A stretch of 64,000 nt of DNA from Podarcis cretensis (GCA_951804945.1 OX638149.1:67394001-67458000); one strand, 5' to 3'; shown: positions 25,607-39,293, counted from the first letter of the stretch. The notes: generated by a model not told the origin, from the sequence alone. Program-made: numbers and translations.

Positions 25607-28326
25607 GTAGGCCAAAGTAAATTCAGTCATTGGGGTTTCTTTTTTCTTTTTCTTTTAACTTCTCTTTAAGACCATGCCATTACATTTATCTTCGCTGTAT
25701 GTGGTGTGTGACTTTAGGAATGTGCATTGTATCCTGCAAAGATCTGTGGTTGAGCAGGAGTTGCAGAGTGCAGAAAGTTAAACTTGTGTATAGTATCCTT
25801 CAAGGCCAGGGCCTTAGGGAGACTGCATGATGATGGAGTTTAATGATTTTTAACAGCAGGAGTTTGAGATGATCGCATTATTCACAAGTGATGAAGCCAG
25901 ATATGCTGATAAAGTCTTTATGCCACACTCTCATGTGTTCTGGATGGGCTGTGAGCTTGGCAGAAGACTCTACCCTGAAGGCATTTTGCAGTTTTTATTA
26001 TTAATCATATTCAAATCCACACATCCATAAGGACTAGATTGCCACAGTATGACATTACCCATGGTGTATCATTGCAGCAGTATTATAACATAGTAAATAA
26101 TTTGCGCTACTAACACCTTGTACAATAATATATATTTGTTTTCTTTTTAAACATAAGCTTAGGATACACATCAAAGTGCAGTTTTTCTGTGCTTGCTTCT
26201 AGTTATTCATTGATGATTTAATTATAAAATCTAGCATGGCTTAAGGAGTTACCCATTTCTGAACTTTGGCAAGACCACGCACCCAGAAAGGGGATTTTAT
26301 TTGATGTACAATTGAGAAAGTGATTTTGGCTGACTGTAGAGATCAGGGGAGGCAGTCTCTCTGGTGTATAGGCACTGACTTATTTTTAGAATACATGAAA
26401 ACAGAATGTCTGTGGAGTTCACATGTGAGAAAAACACTCCACCTAGCACTATATTTGTTTAATTATGCCATTTTTTTAATGTTCTGGAGCTGGGGGTAGT
26501 GATGGTGGGAATGGAAGAGTATGTTTAAAATATGAAAGTGTTCCATAAACATACACCAGAGTTGCAAAGTGTTCATTCTTTTGTAAAATAACAGCATGGG
26601 ATGAAAGGAGGTTTACTCCTTAAGCTTAAAACAGAATCCAAATTGCCCTTCATCCATTCACAGGAAGGCTGAATAAGGAGTCCCAGGCTGATTAAGTTTG
26701 CGAATATCCTCAATGTTGTGGTGTGGGGAAGGAGGTACTGATTCAGGCAGGAAGAGAGAAGTGTGTGCATTTATCATAACAAACTGCTGGACGATCTCCT
26801 ATTCTTCTAGAGTAGTTTTCTAACATGCTTAGTATGTTTCCTGAAAATGAATCAAGTGAAGGCAAACTCCAGGACCGAGAGCTGATTCATAATTTACTGT
26901 TGTTTGAGCATTTGTTCCACACAATCTTTTGAGCTGCATTTTTTGATTAACCTTGGCTGACTTTATTTACAGAGCCATAGGCTTGAAAAGTTACGTGAAA
27001 TCTTTCCTTATGGTGCCATAGACTTGAAAGGTCATGTGAAAACAAATTGCTCCTGCTGGGTGTGTTCTGCCCAGATCAGTTGTTTCTACTCAATCACAAA
27101 AATTCCCAGAAGCTGCATCTGCAGTCATTTGCAATTTATTTATTAATATGAGGCCAGTTCTTAAATACCAACAAAACAGTATATGATACAATCTAATATA
27201 TTAATAACTATTGAAGTCTCTGGACAATTTTTAATTTTATGTTCTGTAGGTTTTGTTCTTTGGTTTCTTTGCAATGAAAATGTGAAAGTTGTTTTCTGTT
27301 GTAGACTGTTAACTATGTTAATTGTCATTTTTAGGGGCTGCTCACTTGACAGAATGTATGCATATGAAAGGAGCTGTGGCTTGATTTGGTCTTTTAAAGA
27401 TGTCTCTAATTATAATGCAGCATGACTTTTATGTATCCAAGTTGTGTGTAATCCTCATTTTTGGACCCGCAGCAGCCTACACAATCTTTATTCTCGGAAA
27501 CAGGATTTGCTACGAGTCCTGGACATTTCACCCTCATTAGCTTGTTGCTCAAAGCTCACCAAGTTGTGTTATTGTTGATTTGCATGTGAATACTGTCAGA
27601 GAGCTTGTGTATCCATGTTGCTGCTAGCACATTTCAAATCAAACATTTTGTCCCACATACTTGTGCAGCTTTCCATCTTCTTTCCTGGTACTGCACAATC
27701 ATAGCCTGTTCTTTTCGCTCTACTTCTGAGCTACGCCTGTTTTCTAGATCCGTTTCCTCAACTGATCCTTTTAGCATTGCTCCAGCTTCTGTACATGCGT
27801 GACAACATGGAGCTTTGATAACTGGCTGCTCAGTGCAGTGCTGGATACCTGATAGGTGACTTCAGAAGAGTGGAGCCTGAAGCAAAGGCTGAATTCAGAA
27901 AGCAGAGATTGCGAAAATGCTTTTATCTTTAAATGTATTATCAGAATTTGTTCAGTTTCTAGGCTGCCTTTCTCCAATAACAACTCAGGGCAGGTAGTAA
28001 ATCCAATAAAAGAGAAGCTCAATAAACTTTATGTTTTCACTCATGGAAGCATACAAAACTGGTTAACTTAACAGAGGTGGTGGTGTATCTCCTGCACCTG
28101 CTCCCTCTCTCCCTCTCGCTCCCTACCTCATCTGCAGGTAGCTACCTTCCATTCCCTTAAGCAGCTTGCAGTAACAAAATTCCTGTGCTTATTTTAGCAA
28201 GATGCCCACAAAATTGTGGGAACATGTATTGCAGCATGGTGCAGAGACAAGAATGTCCCAGCATATATCACACAGTATATATATATATATCCCAAACCTT
28301 GGAGAATAATCCTCTTTTCAGGCATT

Positions 28327-28689
28327 AGGTAAAGGTAAAGGTACCCCTGCCCGTACGGGCCAGTCTTGACAGACTCTGGGGTTGTGCGCCCATCTCACTT
28401 AAGAGGCCAGGGGCCAGCGCTGTCCGGAGACACTTCCGGGTCACGTGGCCAGCGTGACATCGCTGCTCTGGCCAGAGCCAGAGCCAGAGCCGCACACGGA
28501 AACGCCGTTTACCTTCCCGCTGGTAAGCGGTCCCTATTTATCTACTTGCACCCGGAGGTGCTTTCGAACTGCTAGGTTGGCAGGCGCTGGGACCGAGCAG
28601 CGGGAGCGCACCCCGCCGCAGGGATTCGAACCGCCGACCTTTCGATCGGCAAGCCCTAGGCGCTGAGGCTTTAACCCACAGCGCCACCT
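28327..28689 (-). mobile_element. Sauria SINE, near full length, young
   Basis: Reverse complement is almost identical to 17401-17762. Confidence 0.93.
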
Positions 28690-28899
28690 TTACTCACATG
28701 TAAAAACAAGAGAAACGCTAAGCTCGAGGCCCCACATTGCCCTCTGTGAGTTGAATAATGTACTTCTGAAGCACAGTGTCTCCTATACAGGGGTGGAAGG
28801 GGCGTGGGGGGGCTGTTCCGGGGCAATTGCCCCAGGCGCATTTTTCTGGGGGGTGCTCACACCGCCCTCCTGGAGCCAGCCCTGTGCCACTTTGCAAGA

Positions 28900-29240
28900 C
28901 TGGGATCTGATCAGATCCCAATGGCCATCTAGCCCAGCAGTGGCCAAACAGATGCTTGTGGGAAGAACACTATCATGACCTGAGAGGAACAGCACTCTAC
29001 CCACCTGTGATTCCCAGCAACTGGTATTCTGAGGTATGCTGCTTCTGACAGTGCAGCATGGCTATCACGGCTCGTAGCCATTAATATCCTTTACGAATTT
29101 GTCTGATCTGCTTTCAAACCCATCAAAGTTGGTGGCCGTCACTGTGGGAGCGAGTGCCATAGTTAAACTATGTGCTGTGTGAAGAAGTATACTTGCTTTT
29201 GTCTGTCCTGCACCTTCCAACATTCATCTTCATTGAAAAG
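28900..29240 (-). mobile_element. CR1 LINE 3' fragment
   Basis: Reverse complement resembles the distal part of the CR1 copy at 6570-7280 (gacaaaagcaagtatacttcttcacacagcacatagtt…). Confidence 0.65.
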
Positions 29241-30850
29241 TCTTTCTCTTCTGCCTACTTCTGTGTGAATATGTTTTGAACCCTTAAGGGAAAAGTGTGT
29301 GTGAATGTATTGTGAGATGCTTGACAGAACCTGATAGCCAGTTCTTACATATTTCAAGTGCAACGAATTTGTTGTTACTCTACAAACTGTATTTGTGTGT
29401 GTGTGTTCCTATGTATGCATGTACATGTGTGCATGTATGTAGTTCTTTTGTTCATTTTAATCTTTGCTTTTCTTTCCCCCCATTTTATCCCTGGTTTCTT
29501 TCCTTGCCTGCCTGCATGTAATTGTGCACATAATTAAGGCTGGCAAGATAAACACCTACAGCTGCTCCATGGAGGAACCCAGCCAAGACTGACACTATTC
29601 CTGTCCTGCATCGTTTGCCAAGGCACTGAGGCTTGGTTGTCAGCATCTATTCCCTCTGTGTATCTACTACTAACCCCAAGCTTCTTACTTAATATGTTGA
29701 CACACTATGGCTGATAGCAACATTGGGAGTTTTGTCAAGCACAGCATGGTTGAGCCTTTGTAATTTTTATGAAGAATAGTGGTAATTGCAGCTGCAGGTA
29801 TAGAGCCACCTTGGCTTACATCTTTTCAGAATGGTCAGTCAACATGCAGAACTTCATGTCCTCAGGTGCAATTTACCCTTGTTTTTGTTTGTTTTTTTAC
29901 CTTCGTCTGTATGCCAGAGAAATGGATGGTATCTTGTCAAAAGTTTCCTAATATATTACAATATATTTTTTATTAATAATAACATGAAACAATACAAACA
30001 ACAAATAGTGGATATTGTTCATCAGATACAAATACAGTCATGATGTATATAAGGCAGAAAATAATAGCAGCATGCTAAGTTAAATAACCAAGCCCAAAAG
30101 ATCTATGAGTTACTGGGAGGGGGGGAGGGAGGTGTCCTAAGTTCCTCTGGGTGACAGTTAATAAAAGAAATAAACACAAAAACATAAACCAAGCAGCATT
30201 GAAAGTATCTTTTTTTTTGTTTCTGCACACATTACTCTACCATGTGCAGAACTAAGTTTATCCATCAAAACCAAGTTCCATGCTGTCTCACACCACTTTT
30301 GAATAGTACATCCAGCCACATTTTCCCAATGTAACTGCACCTCCATGTGTGCTGCCAAAAGGAGGTAGTTTATCAGATTCTTAGAAAGCTAATCCCTCTT
30401 CCCTTTCAATATCTCTGTGAAGGAGATCAGTAAGGACTGCAAAAAACCTTACATATTTATTTTCTTGACAGGAAGCTTTTCCTTCCCTAGGATGGAAGAA
30501 GTTGTTTTTCATTCTACCTTCCTGAAGAAGATACACCGTGGGGACCCTAGTTTCCAACTATGTGCTCTACTATAGCTACTATATAAATCTATATTTCTAT
30601 CTGTCTGCACTATTTATGCTATATACTATAGCTACTGTATGATATACCTGATTGAAATACTGTTGAGAAGACACTGAACTGTATTTTGATCCAGTCTTTC
30701 CTGGCCACAAGTTCCCTAACCAAGCTTTCCATTTCCACCTTGAGTAGGGTGGAGGGAATTGGGTCCTTGTTTCTAAGAAAATCTGTTGTGTTGCATTATT
30801 TGAAGATGAGATATTTGTAAAATATTCAATCCAAATGTATTATTTTGCAG

Positions 30851-33800
30851 GTACTGAGCAACAGCCGATAAATGTTGCCCCCTCTTCAGAGTCTTTTACC
30901 AACTGGAGAGCTATATTATCACCAACATGGCCTTCTAGAGAACTTGAGTCTTCCTCAGTGGGTGACATTTCAATGAGGCAAGCCTTGGAGAATGCCAATC
31001 TGCTTCAGATAATAAAAAGTACTTTAGCAGAGACACGAACAAGAACTATGGACCAAACTAGGTTTTTGCCAAGCCTATACCAAGGCAGTGGCAACAGCGC
31101 ATCCCAAGAACCTTCTGAGGTATCAGCTGAATCACCAGTGAAGTCTCAAGATGCTGACGAAATGACTATTGTATCAGGTTTGCCTCAAATCAGTGTGTTA
31201 CCCGCATTGTCCACATCATCACCAGTGACACATTCAACTACTACTGTGTCATCCCAGATAATTCCATATGCAACATCCTCCATTTCAAAAGAAATCACAT
31301 CGGGATCAGACATAGTTTCAACCTCTCCATTACCACCCCCTTTGCCATTGGTAAAGGAATCACCTCATATCATAATTGTTTCCAATTTGACTGTGCCACC
31401 CACCCAAGTGCCTTTGTCCACAGATACAGAAAATTCATTCAGCATAGACACAGTTAATAATTATTTAAATAAAACTTCAGGTAATCCACAGAGTACGCTA
31501 GTGCCTGGAAATTCCAGCGCAACAGAATTTGCAGCATCCAGAAAGGATGGCAAAGAGTTTTCTGTTGCCACCTCATTTAGTGATGGCATTGGATTGATTA
31601 GTGGTCATTCCACAATACCAGCAGGGACACAATCACACCCAGAAGATAGGAAACTGCACTCTCCTGCTTTGCATGCAATAATATCCAATAAGACTTCTCT
31701 CCTATTATCCAGTCACAGAGTGCCATTGAATTCTAGCAGAAATATTTTTTTCTCTGGATTCACTCACAAAGCATATTTTGTAGCAGAGCTCCCGAGTAAG
31801 CCACCAGATGCCATGACACATCATAAGGAGAGCAGCATATATGCAACTGCATCATCTACAGTTCATAAGAACAAGACAGTTCCTTGGATTTCTGCATCAG
31901 CCCCCCATACCTCAAGTTCTTCACCTGCACAATTTAAAATGATGACTGATTTGCTGTCTGCATCACTTTCAAGTTCTTCCAAAGAGAGAGATTTATTAGC
32001 AGTATCTGAAAATCCAAGACCTTTTCGTTTGTCTCTCCCAGCAGTGCCAACTGGAGCTATTTCAGAGGCAATAAGCAAAAATAATGTGATTGCTCCAGCA
32101 CCCGCACTTACTAGTATACCAGCTTTTTATACAGCAGATAAAGTCATTTCCTTAATAAAGGGGACAAATCAAACTTCTAATACAGCTGGACATCAGATGG
32201 TTTCAGCACCAAATGATAAAGTTGCTTCCGACATTCATTTAACAAATCCTTATGCCACAGAATCAAAAACAGAGATTTCTGATACAGCTTATGAAACCAG
32301 TGAAAACACACCTCTCATAGCCTATGAAGCCTTGGTAAGATCATTACAACGTCGGTCATTCACCAAAGATGCTAGTGACACAGTGTTCACAAATGTTGAT
32401 GTGAATAGATTATTTCCTTATCAGTCACCGGGAACGCAAACCACAAATGTTTCTTTAGAAACCCCTGCCAACGAGCAAATTCTCAAGAGAATTTTGCCAT
32501 TTGAAAGAACCAGCTCCAATAAATTTTCAGTATCTTTGCCAACTTCTGTTGGAGGCCTTTTGAAATTTCGTTCCACAGCCATGTTTATATCTCCTCCTGA
32601 TAATTTTAGAAGTTCTCGATTAGCAGATTCTAATGTGGGAAGGCCAATGCTTAGCTTAATAGAAGAGGAGGAGAGAAATATGAAGGCATCCACCACTATG
32701 ATGCCCCATGCAGAATATTTATCTCATCTACCTTTAAATGAATCTGATGCTAAAATCCATGAAACCTTACATACAGTTGATACTTTCAGGACTGCTATTT
32801 CACCTTTGGACATATACATGTTTCCCTCTTCTACTCCAGCAACAGAACGTTTGGAAAGCCCAGTGCCTGCTTCCCTAGAAGTTTCGAACACTGCTTCGAA
32901 AGGCATCTTAGATACTTCAAATGCAGGAAAGATTTTAAAAACCACACCCTTAGTTCCAGTGTGGGACCCTGGAAGCTGGCTGTCATCTACTGGCATAAGT
33001 ATGTCTTCCGGAAAGACAACAACTCAAGTGTCCCGGGTTGCAGAGGACTATGTGAGCCCTACAGCTTTAAGAACAATATATACAGTGGTTCCAGGCCTAC
33101 AGCAGCAAACAAATTATGTAAATAAACAGATGCCTTCTAGCACAGCCACATCACCCATTAGTACATCTGTAACAGTTCTCCCAAATTCTTCAGTTTCAAG
33201 TGGAAGAAATTCTAAGAGCTTCACAGAATTTAACACATACCCATTGACTGTAGAAACATCTTCTGGCCAGTATGCATCCTTTCCAAGTAACCAAAGTGCT
33301 CTCTCACAGGGCATAGAAGTCCCATCCCTGCAATCTAAGAAGGACACTCGTACACATGGAAATATTTTGGAATATTTTACTGCCAGGAATATGAATGTCA
33401 CTTCGAGCTTTGGGAAAAAATCCTATCCTGTGTATGAGGACTTCACAGCTGCTAATACGAGGACGTCTACTAGCACGGATGCATTTTCCTCTATTTTGAC
33501 AACATATGATCACTTATGGCCTTTTTTTTCTTATGCCAAGTCCCAGACTATGTTGAAGCCTCAAACAACTAATTCTGGAAACCTTTTTGCATCAACAGAT
33601 GCCTTCTATGCAACATCATCTCCCCTATCACTGGCTTCTCAATTCATTGCTAAATTAACTGTTCCAGTAAATAAGGAAATTAGTGCTGTTAGCAGTAAAA
33701 AAACAACATCTCACAGCCTAGTATATGAATTGCTAAGCTCAACACCAGTATTAAATGTTGAAGAATACATGACTTCAGGAAAACCAACACAGTTCACAAA

Positions 33801-34636
33801 TGGCCCTGTTTCAGGAGCAAATAATCACTTGAATAAACAGCTAACAAGTACAGGAGGGTGGGACACAAAAGGTACAAGTGATATAGATACAGTTAAAATG
33901 CATAATGAAGCCACAAAGATCACTCCATTGCAAACACATACCACTAACACAGCCATCATAACCTCTGTTCATGCATCACAAACACGACTAACTACTCCTT
34001 TGTTGCCAAAAACCAACTTTACCCATTCTGTCATTACAGTGTTACCGTCTGTGTCTCCTGGTGTAATACCATCTGTAGCAACTTCAGAAGCAACACCAGT
34101 TACAGGAAAATCAGCTCCAACATCACCAATGCTGACTTCATCCTTGTTCTCACTGAGCACTGAAAATTCGCCATCTGTGATGGCATTAAGCACGTTGATA
34201 TCAACACTAGCAAAAAATAATACTGCCACAAAAATGGCACCAACTTTAAGCCCAGTAGTGACACGTGCAGCCTTTCCAGTTGTATCAACAGATGAGTCTA
34301 CAACACCTGTGCACTCCACTAGCTCATTTCCAGTCACAAAAACTAGTACAGTTTCAGCCCCCACAACACATGCACCAAGACAAACCGAAACAGCAACACA
34401 TGACACCAAGAAATCCACAAGTTCAGACACCAGTAAAACATCAACTGCATACCCACTGACAATTACAGCAGCTTTGACATCTATTACAGCATCAGCGAAA
34501 ACAGCTAGACTTCTCCCTACACCTGCCGAAAATACTTCCGCTGCTACTACAACAGTGTCAACTTCAGCTTTTGCTAATGTGACAACAGTTCTTCCTTTGG
34601 AATGCCAGCTCTCCAGAAACCTTCTCATTAAGACAG
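30851..34636 (+). CDS. KIAA1549L: KIAA1549L giant internal exon, Ser/Thr/Pro-rich mucin-like ectodomain (3786 nt, phase 1-1)
   Basis: Lies within the 1271-aa ORF 30835-34650. Acceptor tattttgcag|GT at 30850/30851; donor ACAG|gtatgt at 34636/34637. Ends …ECQLSRNLLIKT and joins the next exon as V-LFLN. Confidence 0.92.
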
Positions 34637-34712
34637 GTATGTATATGTAGAGGGTTAGTTATCATGAGGCATTGCATTTTATAATGAAGACATAATATGA
34701 ATGTCAAGTAAC

Positions 34713-34940
34713 ATTATTATTAATAATAATAATAATAATAAATTTTATTTATATCCCGCCCTCCCCAGCCGAAGCCGGGCTCAGGGCGGCTAACAACAAT
34801 AAAACAGTATGACATTATAAAACATTATAAAAATGAATTAAAATCAAAATTGATGGCAACCATAAACTAAAGCTTTGTAAAGATTGCCAGAGGATTGCCA
34901 ATAGTTTAATAAATGACACCGGATAAATTGCAACTAATTT
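34713..34940 (-). mobile_element. LINE 3' terminus (L2-like), young, 77 bp downstream of the giant exon
   Basis: (TAA)n tail plus tttatttatatcccgccctccccagccgaagccgggctcagggcggctaaca with CpGs intact; right boundary approximate. Confidence 0.7.
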
Positions 34941-35970
34941 GATGGATAGATTCTTTGTTAGTTTTTGCAAATCTGAATGATTGTTGATAGTGGAGTGCAT
35001 GTGCTGCTACTGTAAGTTCATACAGCCCAGTTCAAACTGTGGCCATGTCCTATTTCCTCCATCACTGCCAGGTGGCTGTACCAGTGAGGCCAAAGAATCC
35101 AGTGCACCAGAGATCAGTATGTTCCAGCTAGGAAGGGAGCTGTCCAGCAAAGGTGTCACAGAGAGCACAATTTTCTGGCTCGGTAATGGCTAGCCTTCAA
35201 CCAAGCAGCTTTATTGCTGACTGCTGCCCATCCCTGATCTGAACTGCGTGAGAAGCCTGGCTTCCTCCTCACAAGTGGGAGTAGAAGGCCTTGTGCTGTC
35301 AAATTGGCTCTTCAGATCATTGGGGCTTCTGCCTCCTCTGTTCCTAGGAATTATATTGGAAGGTCTGGTACTGATCACGGCACATCGGTTCTCCTTGGGA
35401 GACTTTATGGGGGTGGGGGTGGTATGTCAAATTCTGCTGAAGCCCCATGAACACTGTAGGTGATGTGGCTAGCAACAGGTTTCTTTTCTCCAGTTGTGGG
35501 CTCATCTTGTTAGGAGACAGTGTGTCAGGACATGCCACTGTGAAATGCTCTCATATAACTTGCATGTAAATACGTTTAGGATCGCTGCCATGACCTGTTT
35601 CCTATATAGTATTGCAGGGGTCTGTATAACACCTTCCTAAAAACGCAGTAATTGCAGTTTTATTTCTTCCCAGCAAGAACTGGTAACTGCATTTTCCTGT
35701 TCTTGATGGACCCACAAGCAGATTTGTCACATCAACTCATAGAATTAATATTACCAATTTGCAACACGTGTTCTAGTGCCAAGACATTAACTGCAGCCTT
35801 TGAAATTGCTCTAGATGGAAATAACATGGATGCAATGGACTTCATTATTGACAATTCCCTAACACTTTCCATGCTGAAATTGTAGTACAGATAGCTGTGT
35901 GTGAGACAGGTCACCTACATTTTGCATTTGTAATGTTGGGTGTAGGAGGAAGGAAAGGATAGAGCTAGAC

Positions 35971-36100
35971 CAGGCACCCCCAAACTCCAGATGTTTTGGG
36001 ACTACAATTCCCATCATCCCTGACCACTGGTCCTGTTAGCTAGCGATGATGGGAGTTGTAGTCCCAAAATATCTGGGAGGGCCGAGTTTGGGGATGCCTG
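35971..36100. mobile_element. Palindromic hAT MITE (130 bp)
   Basis: TIRs CAGGCACCCCCAAACT / AGTTTGGGGATGCCTG; 8-bp TSD agctagac; shares the actacaaytcccatcatccct core with 15327-15463. Confidence 0.92.
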
Positions 36101-37215
36101 AGCTAGACTGATGGAGTTGATGATCTCTAGGCGGGATTAAACTGAGAAGTCGTGTCAGTGGAAGCCCTGCTGAAGAACTACTGCTTATGAAATGGAGCTT
36201 CCCTTGTTGTTTCCCAATGCCCCTGAACTGGCTGAATAGCATGGGGAGGGGTGTGTGTGATCGTTCTGTCTGGAAAGCCAAAATATCTGTCCTGATAGTC
36301 CTGACTATCACCTTAGCGTAGTGTTGAATTCCTTCCTCTGTCGTGTTACATTAGAAGAAATGTACACATCTCTCGCTAGCCATATCTCTTGCTTTTATAG
36401 TCACAAAAATACTAGAAATGTTTGTGACTACTAACTGATGGCGAAGTTGACACAAAATGTAGTGACTTGTTTCATTAGGGCAACAAAGCAGGGGATTTGT
36501 ATTGAAGCATTTGTGTAGACTATTCAGTGTGTAATTGAGTTAAGTTGCTTTACATCAGGGATAGCTAATGCAGTGCCTCACGGATGTTGCTGGACTCCAG
36601 CTCTCATAGTCTTTGACTATTTGCCATGCTGGCTGGGGCTGATGGCTGATCTGGAGAGTACCACATTGGATGCTTCTGTTTTAAAGCATATTGGCACATG
36701 CCCTCAAAAACCCATGCTTTTCTGTCTGTCCACCCACTCTGTTACCAACACAGTTCCAACGTATGGATTTATTTTTAGGTACATTGTACAGGGAAGCTAA
36801 TAATGCATACTGAAATTGTTTTTCTTTTCAAATCAACAGGGATGTTGATTTGCTTATTATGATCTGCTTTGCAAAATCTTCCAGACTAGTATTTCTGAGT
36901 CATATGTGTTAATATGCATCTGTAATGCTAAAATGCTTCGTTAATGTATCTCCAGATAATCCTTTACTGAAAAAAAATTGGTATGGTTATGACTCAGTGT
37001 GCCTGTGTGGGTTTTAAATAAGTAGCAACTAACTGTCTTCAGTTCCCAACAATAGCATTTCCTCGGCTTGAAGGTTTTGGTGCTAAGCATAAGTTCACTT
37101 CCAGACTGCAGCTGCTTCGTAGAGCCCATGTGAGCAGTCATTAGGCTTTTGAAAAGGATTATTAAGCAAATGAACAGAGGGTGCTTTTTAACTAATGTAT
37201 AACTTTGCATTCTAG

Positions 37216-37325
37216 TTTTGTTTCTGAACACAAGAAGACTGCTGCTGAGCGACTTAAAGCAGAATGTCACAAAAGGTCTCACCCAGGCACTGCGACGAGC
37301 TTTCAACCAAAATGTCAATGCTCAA
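37216..37325 (+). CDS. KIAA1549L: KIAA1549L exon (V)LFLNTRRLLLSDLKQNVTKGLTQALRRAFNQNVNAQ
   Basis: Acceptor ttctag|TT, donor CAA|gtaagc; 110 nt, phase 1-0. Translated by hand; not in the ORF track. Confidence 0.9.
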
Positions 37326-38935
37326 GTAAGCAAATTTAGTCATTTTTTAAAATAATCAAATTAAGAGCAAAGGCCAAGGAGAGAATGGGAAATGTCTCCA
37401 CTCACTGTTATAATTATTTTTCTGTTGCATTTCAGATTGTATTGTATTCCTAACACCTATGCATACAGATCCATACAAATAACCTATTAGCACTTTTTTC
37501 TTTAGAAAGTGGGGGCAATTGATGGAACTGTATTACGGGTAGAATTTTGTCTGAGTGGTGTCTTTCTTTCTTGTCGCCAGATACTGTGATGCTATCTGTT
37601 GGGAGTGAGGAAAATAAATTTAAATACCGAGCACTAAATTCTATAGCCAGTCATATAATTCTTGCCACTTTGGCTATAGTATACTGATAACCCAAACTCA
37701 TTTCGGATGTTGTTGTTTTTTAAAAAGAAACTAGGGTATTTTTTAAATGTGTGTGTGTGTGTGTCTGTCTGTGTCTGTGTCTGTGTAAAACCATTTCTCT
37801 TCTCCATCCCCATCAGTAGAAATTGGGCTTTTGACAATTTGAAAATCACACATGTGGGACCATTTCTCAAGTGTGACTGAAAGAAATTTCTGCTATCATT
37901 ATAGTTTTATAGCTTAAGCATTTAAAGGTTTTATAATCTTATAATGCTTTGGGATGGAAAAGAAATTATTTCTAGCTTAGCAGCATGACCCTATGGAAGT
38001 TTGCTCAGAATAAGTTCAGTGGGACTTACTCATGAGTAAATGTGCATAGGAATACATCTTAGCTGTTGCATTTTCAACACCTGAGAACTGAAATTGATAT
38101 ACGTAAATGGAAACATTCTATGCTGTCATCTAAACTGAATGTTTGAAAGGATGCGTTCTGTCCCCCTGTCCCTTCCCTTCTGGAGAGTATCTATTTGTAT
38201 AGGATTAGAATTGTGTGTATTTGACTTGGATTTTTAGAACGCTGGTGGAATGTCTTTCTGTGCCACAGCCTTAAGCTGTATGTGAAAGTATAATATTTCT
38301 ATATGCCATTTACAGTCAGGTTTATGTCACTTGGAAGATAATATTTCTATACTTCTGCCATGAACAAGGAAGAAAAATGACTTTAATATCAATTTTCTTG
38401 CCCTGGTTAGGTTTATATTTCTCATTTTTCTTCAGTATACCAGTTACCTGTAGAATTTATTTACTTGAATTTAAGGCTGTCCAGGGCATGAGCTTTTACT
38501 TGTTCTGATTGAAAAATGTTGCCATTTTGCAATGATGACAGCCTGTTTTATTGGAAAGTACAGCTCTTTTGAGTGGAATATATAAGAGTGATTCAAATGG
38601 GATGTGACTTCTAATTTATTTTAGGTATGATTGTCAGCTATCTTGTGGGAGTTGTCCAATGGCATCAGCCTCAAGACATCAGAAATGAGGGAATTGGGAA
38701 TAATTTTGTTCTGAACTCAGCTTTTCCACAGCTTATCAAATAGTCTAGGAAGTTCAGTAAATGGCTGCCACTCCTGTTAGTCTATCCTCTAGCATGTATG
38801 ATATATTAGTTTCTTTGAAGCTCAATATTTATTCTAATAGAAAACAATTTTGGCTTTAAAAAATAGGGCGGGGAGGGAGATTTGAGGCACCTTGATCACT
38901 GTTTATCTTAATTACATGAAACTAAGAGTTGTCAG

Positions 38936-39293
38936 GACGTGGGTGGTGCTGTGGTCTAAACTACTGAGCCTAGGACTTGCCAATCAGAAGGTCGGCGGTT
39001 CGAATCCCCGCGACAGGGTGAGCTCTCGTTGCTTAGTCCTAGCTCCTGCCTACCTAGCAGTTCGAAAGCACATCAAAGGGCAAGTAGATAAATAGGTACC
39101 GCTCTGGCGGGAAGTTAAACGGCGTTTCCGTGCGCTGCTCTGGTTTTGCCAGAAGTGGCTTAGTCATGGTGGCCACATGACCCGGAAAAACTGTCTGTGG
39201 ACAAACGTTGGCTCCCTCGGCCAATAAAGCAAGTAAACCCCAGAGTTGTTCGTGACTGGACTTAACTGTCAGGGGTCCCTTTACCTTTACCTT
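38936..39293 (+). mobile_element. Sauria SINE, full length, more diverged subfamily
   Basis: A and B boxes, (ACCTTT)n tail, 13-bp TSD taagagttgtcag at 38923-38935 and 39294-39306. Confidence 0.93.

Noticed and set aside
30835-30850. ATG of the 1271-aa ORF as the gene start
   Set aside because: It lies in the intronic acceptor region (tattttgcag) and no signal peptide follows; the ORF is an internal exon plus flanks.
33969-34628. 219-aa antisense Val/Ala-rich ORF (and the smaller antisense ORFs at 31863-33513)
   Set aside because: Mirror of Thr/Ser/Pro codons on the coding strand; no independent evidence.
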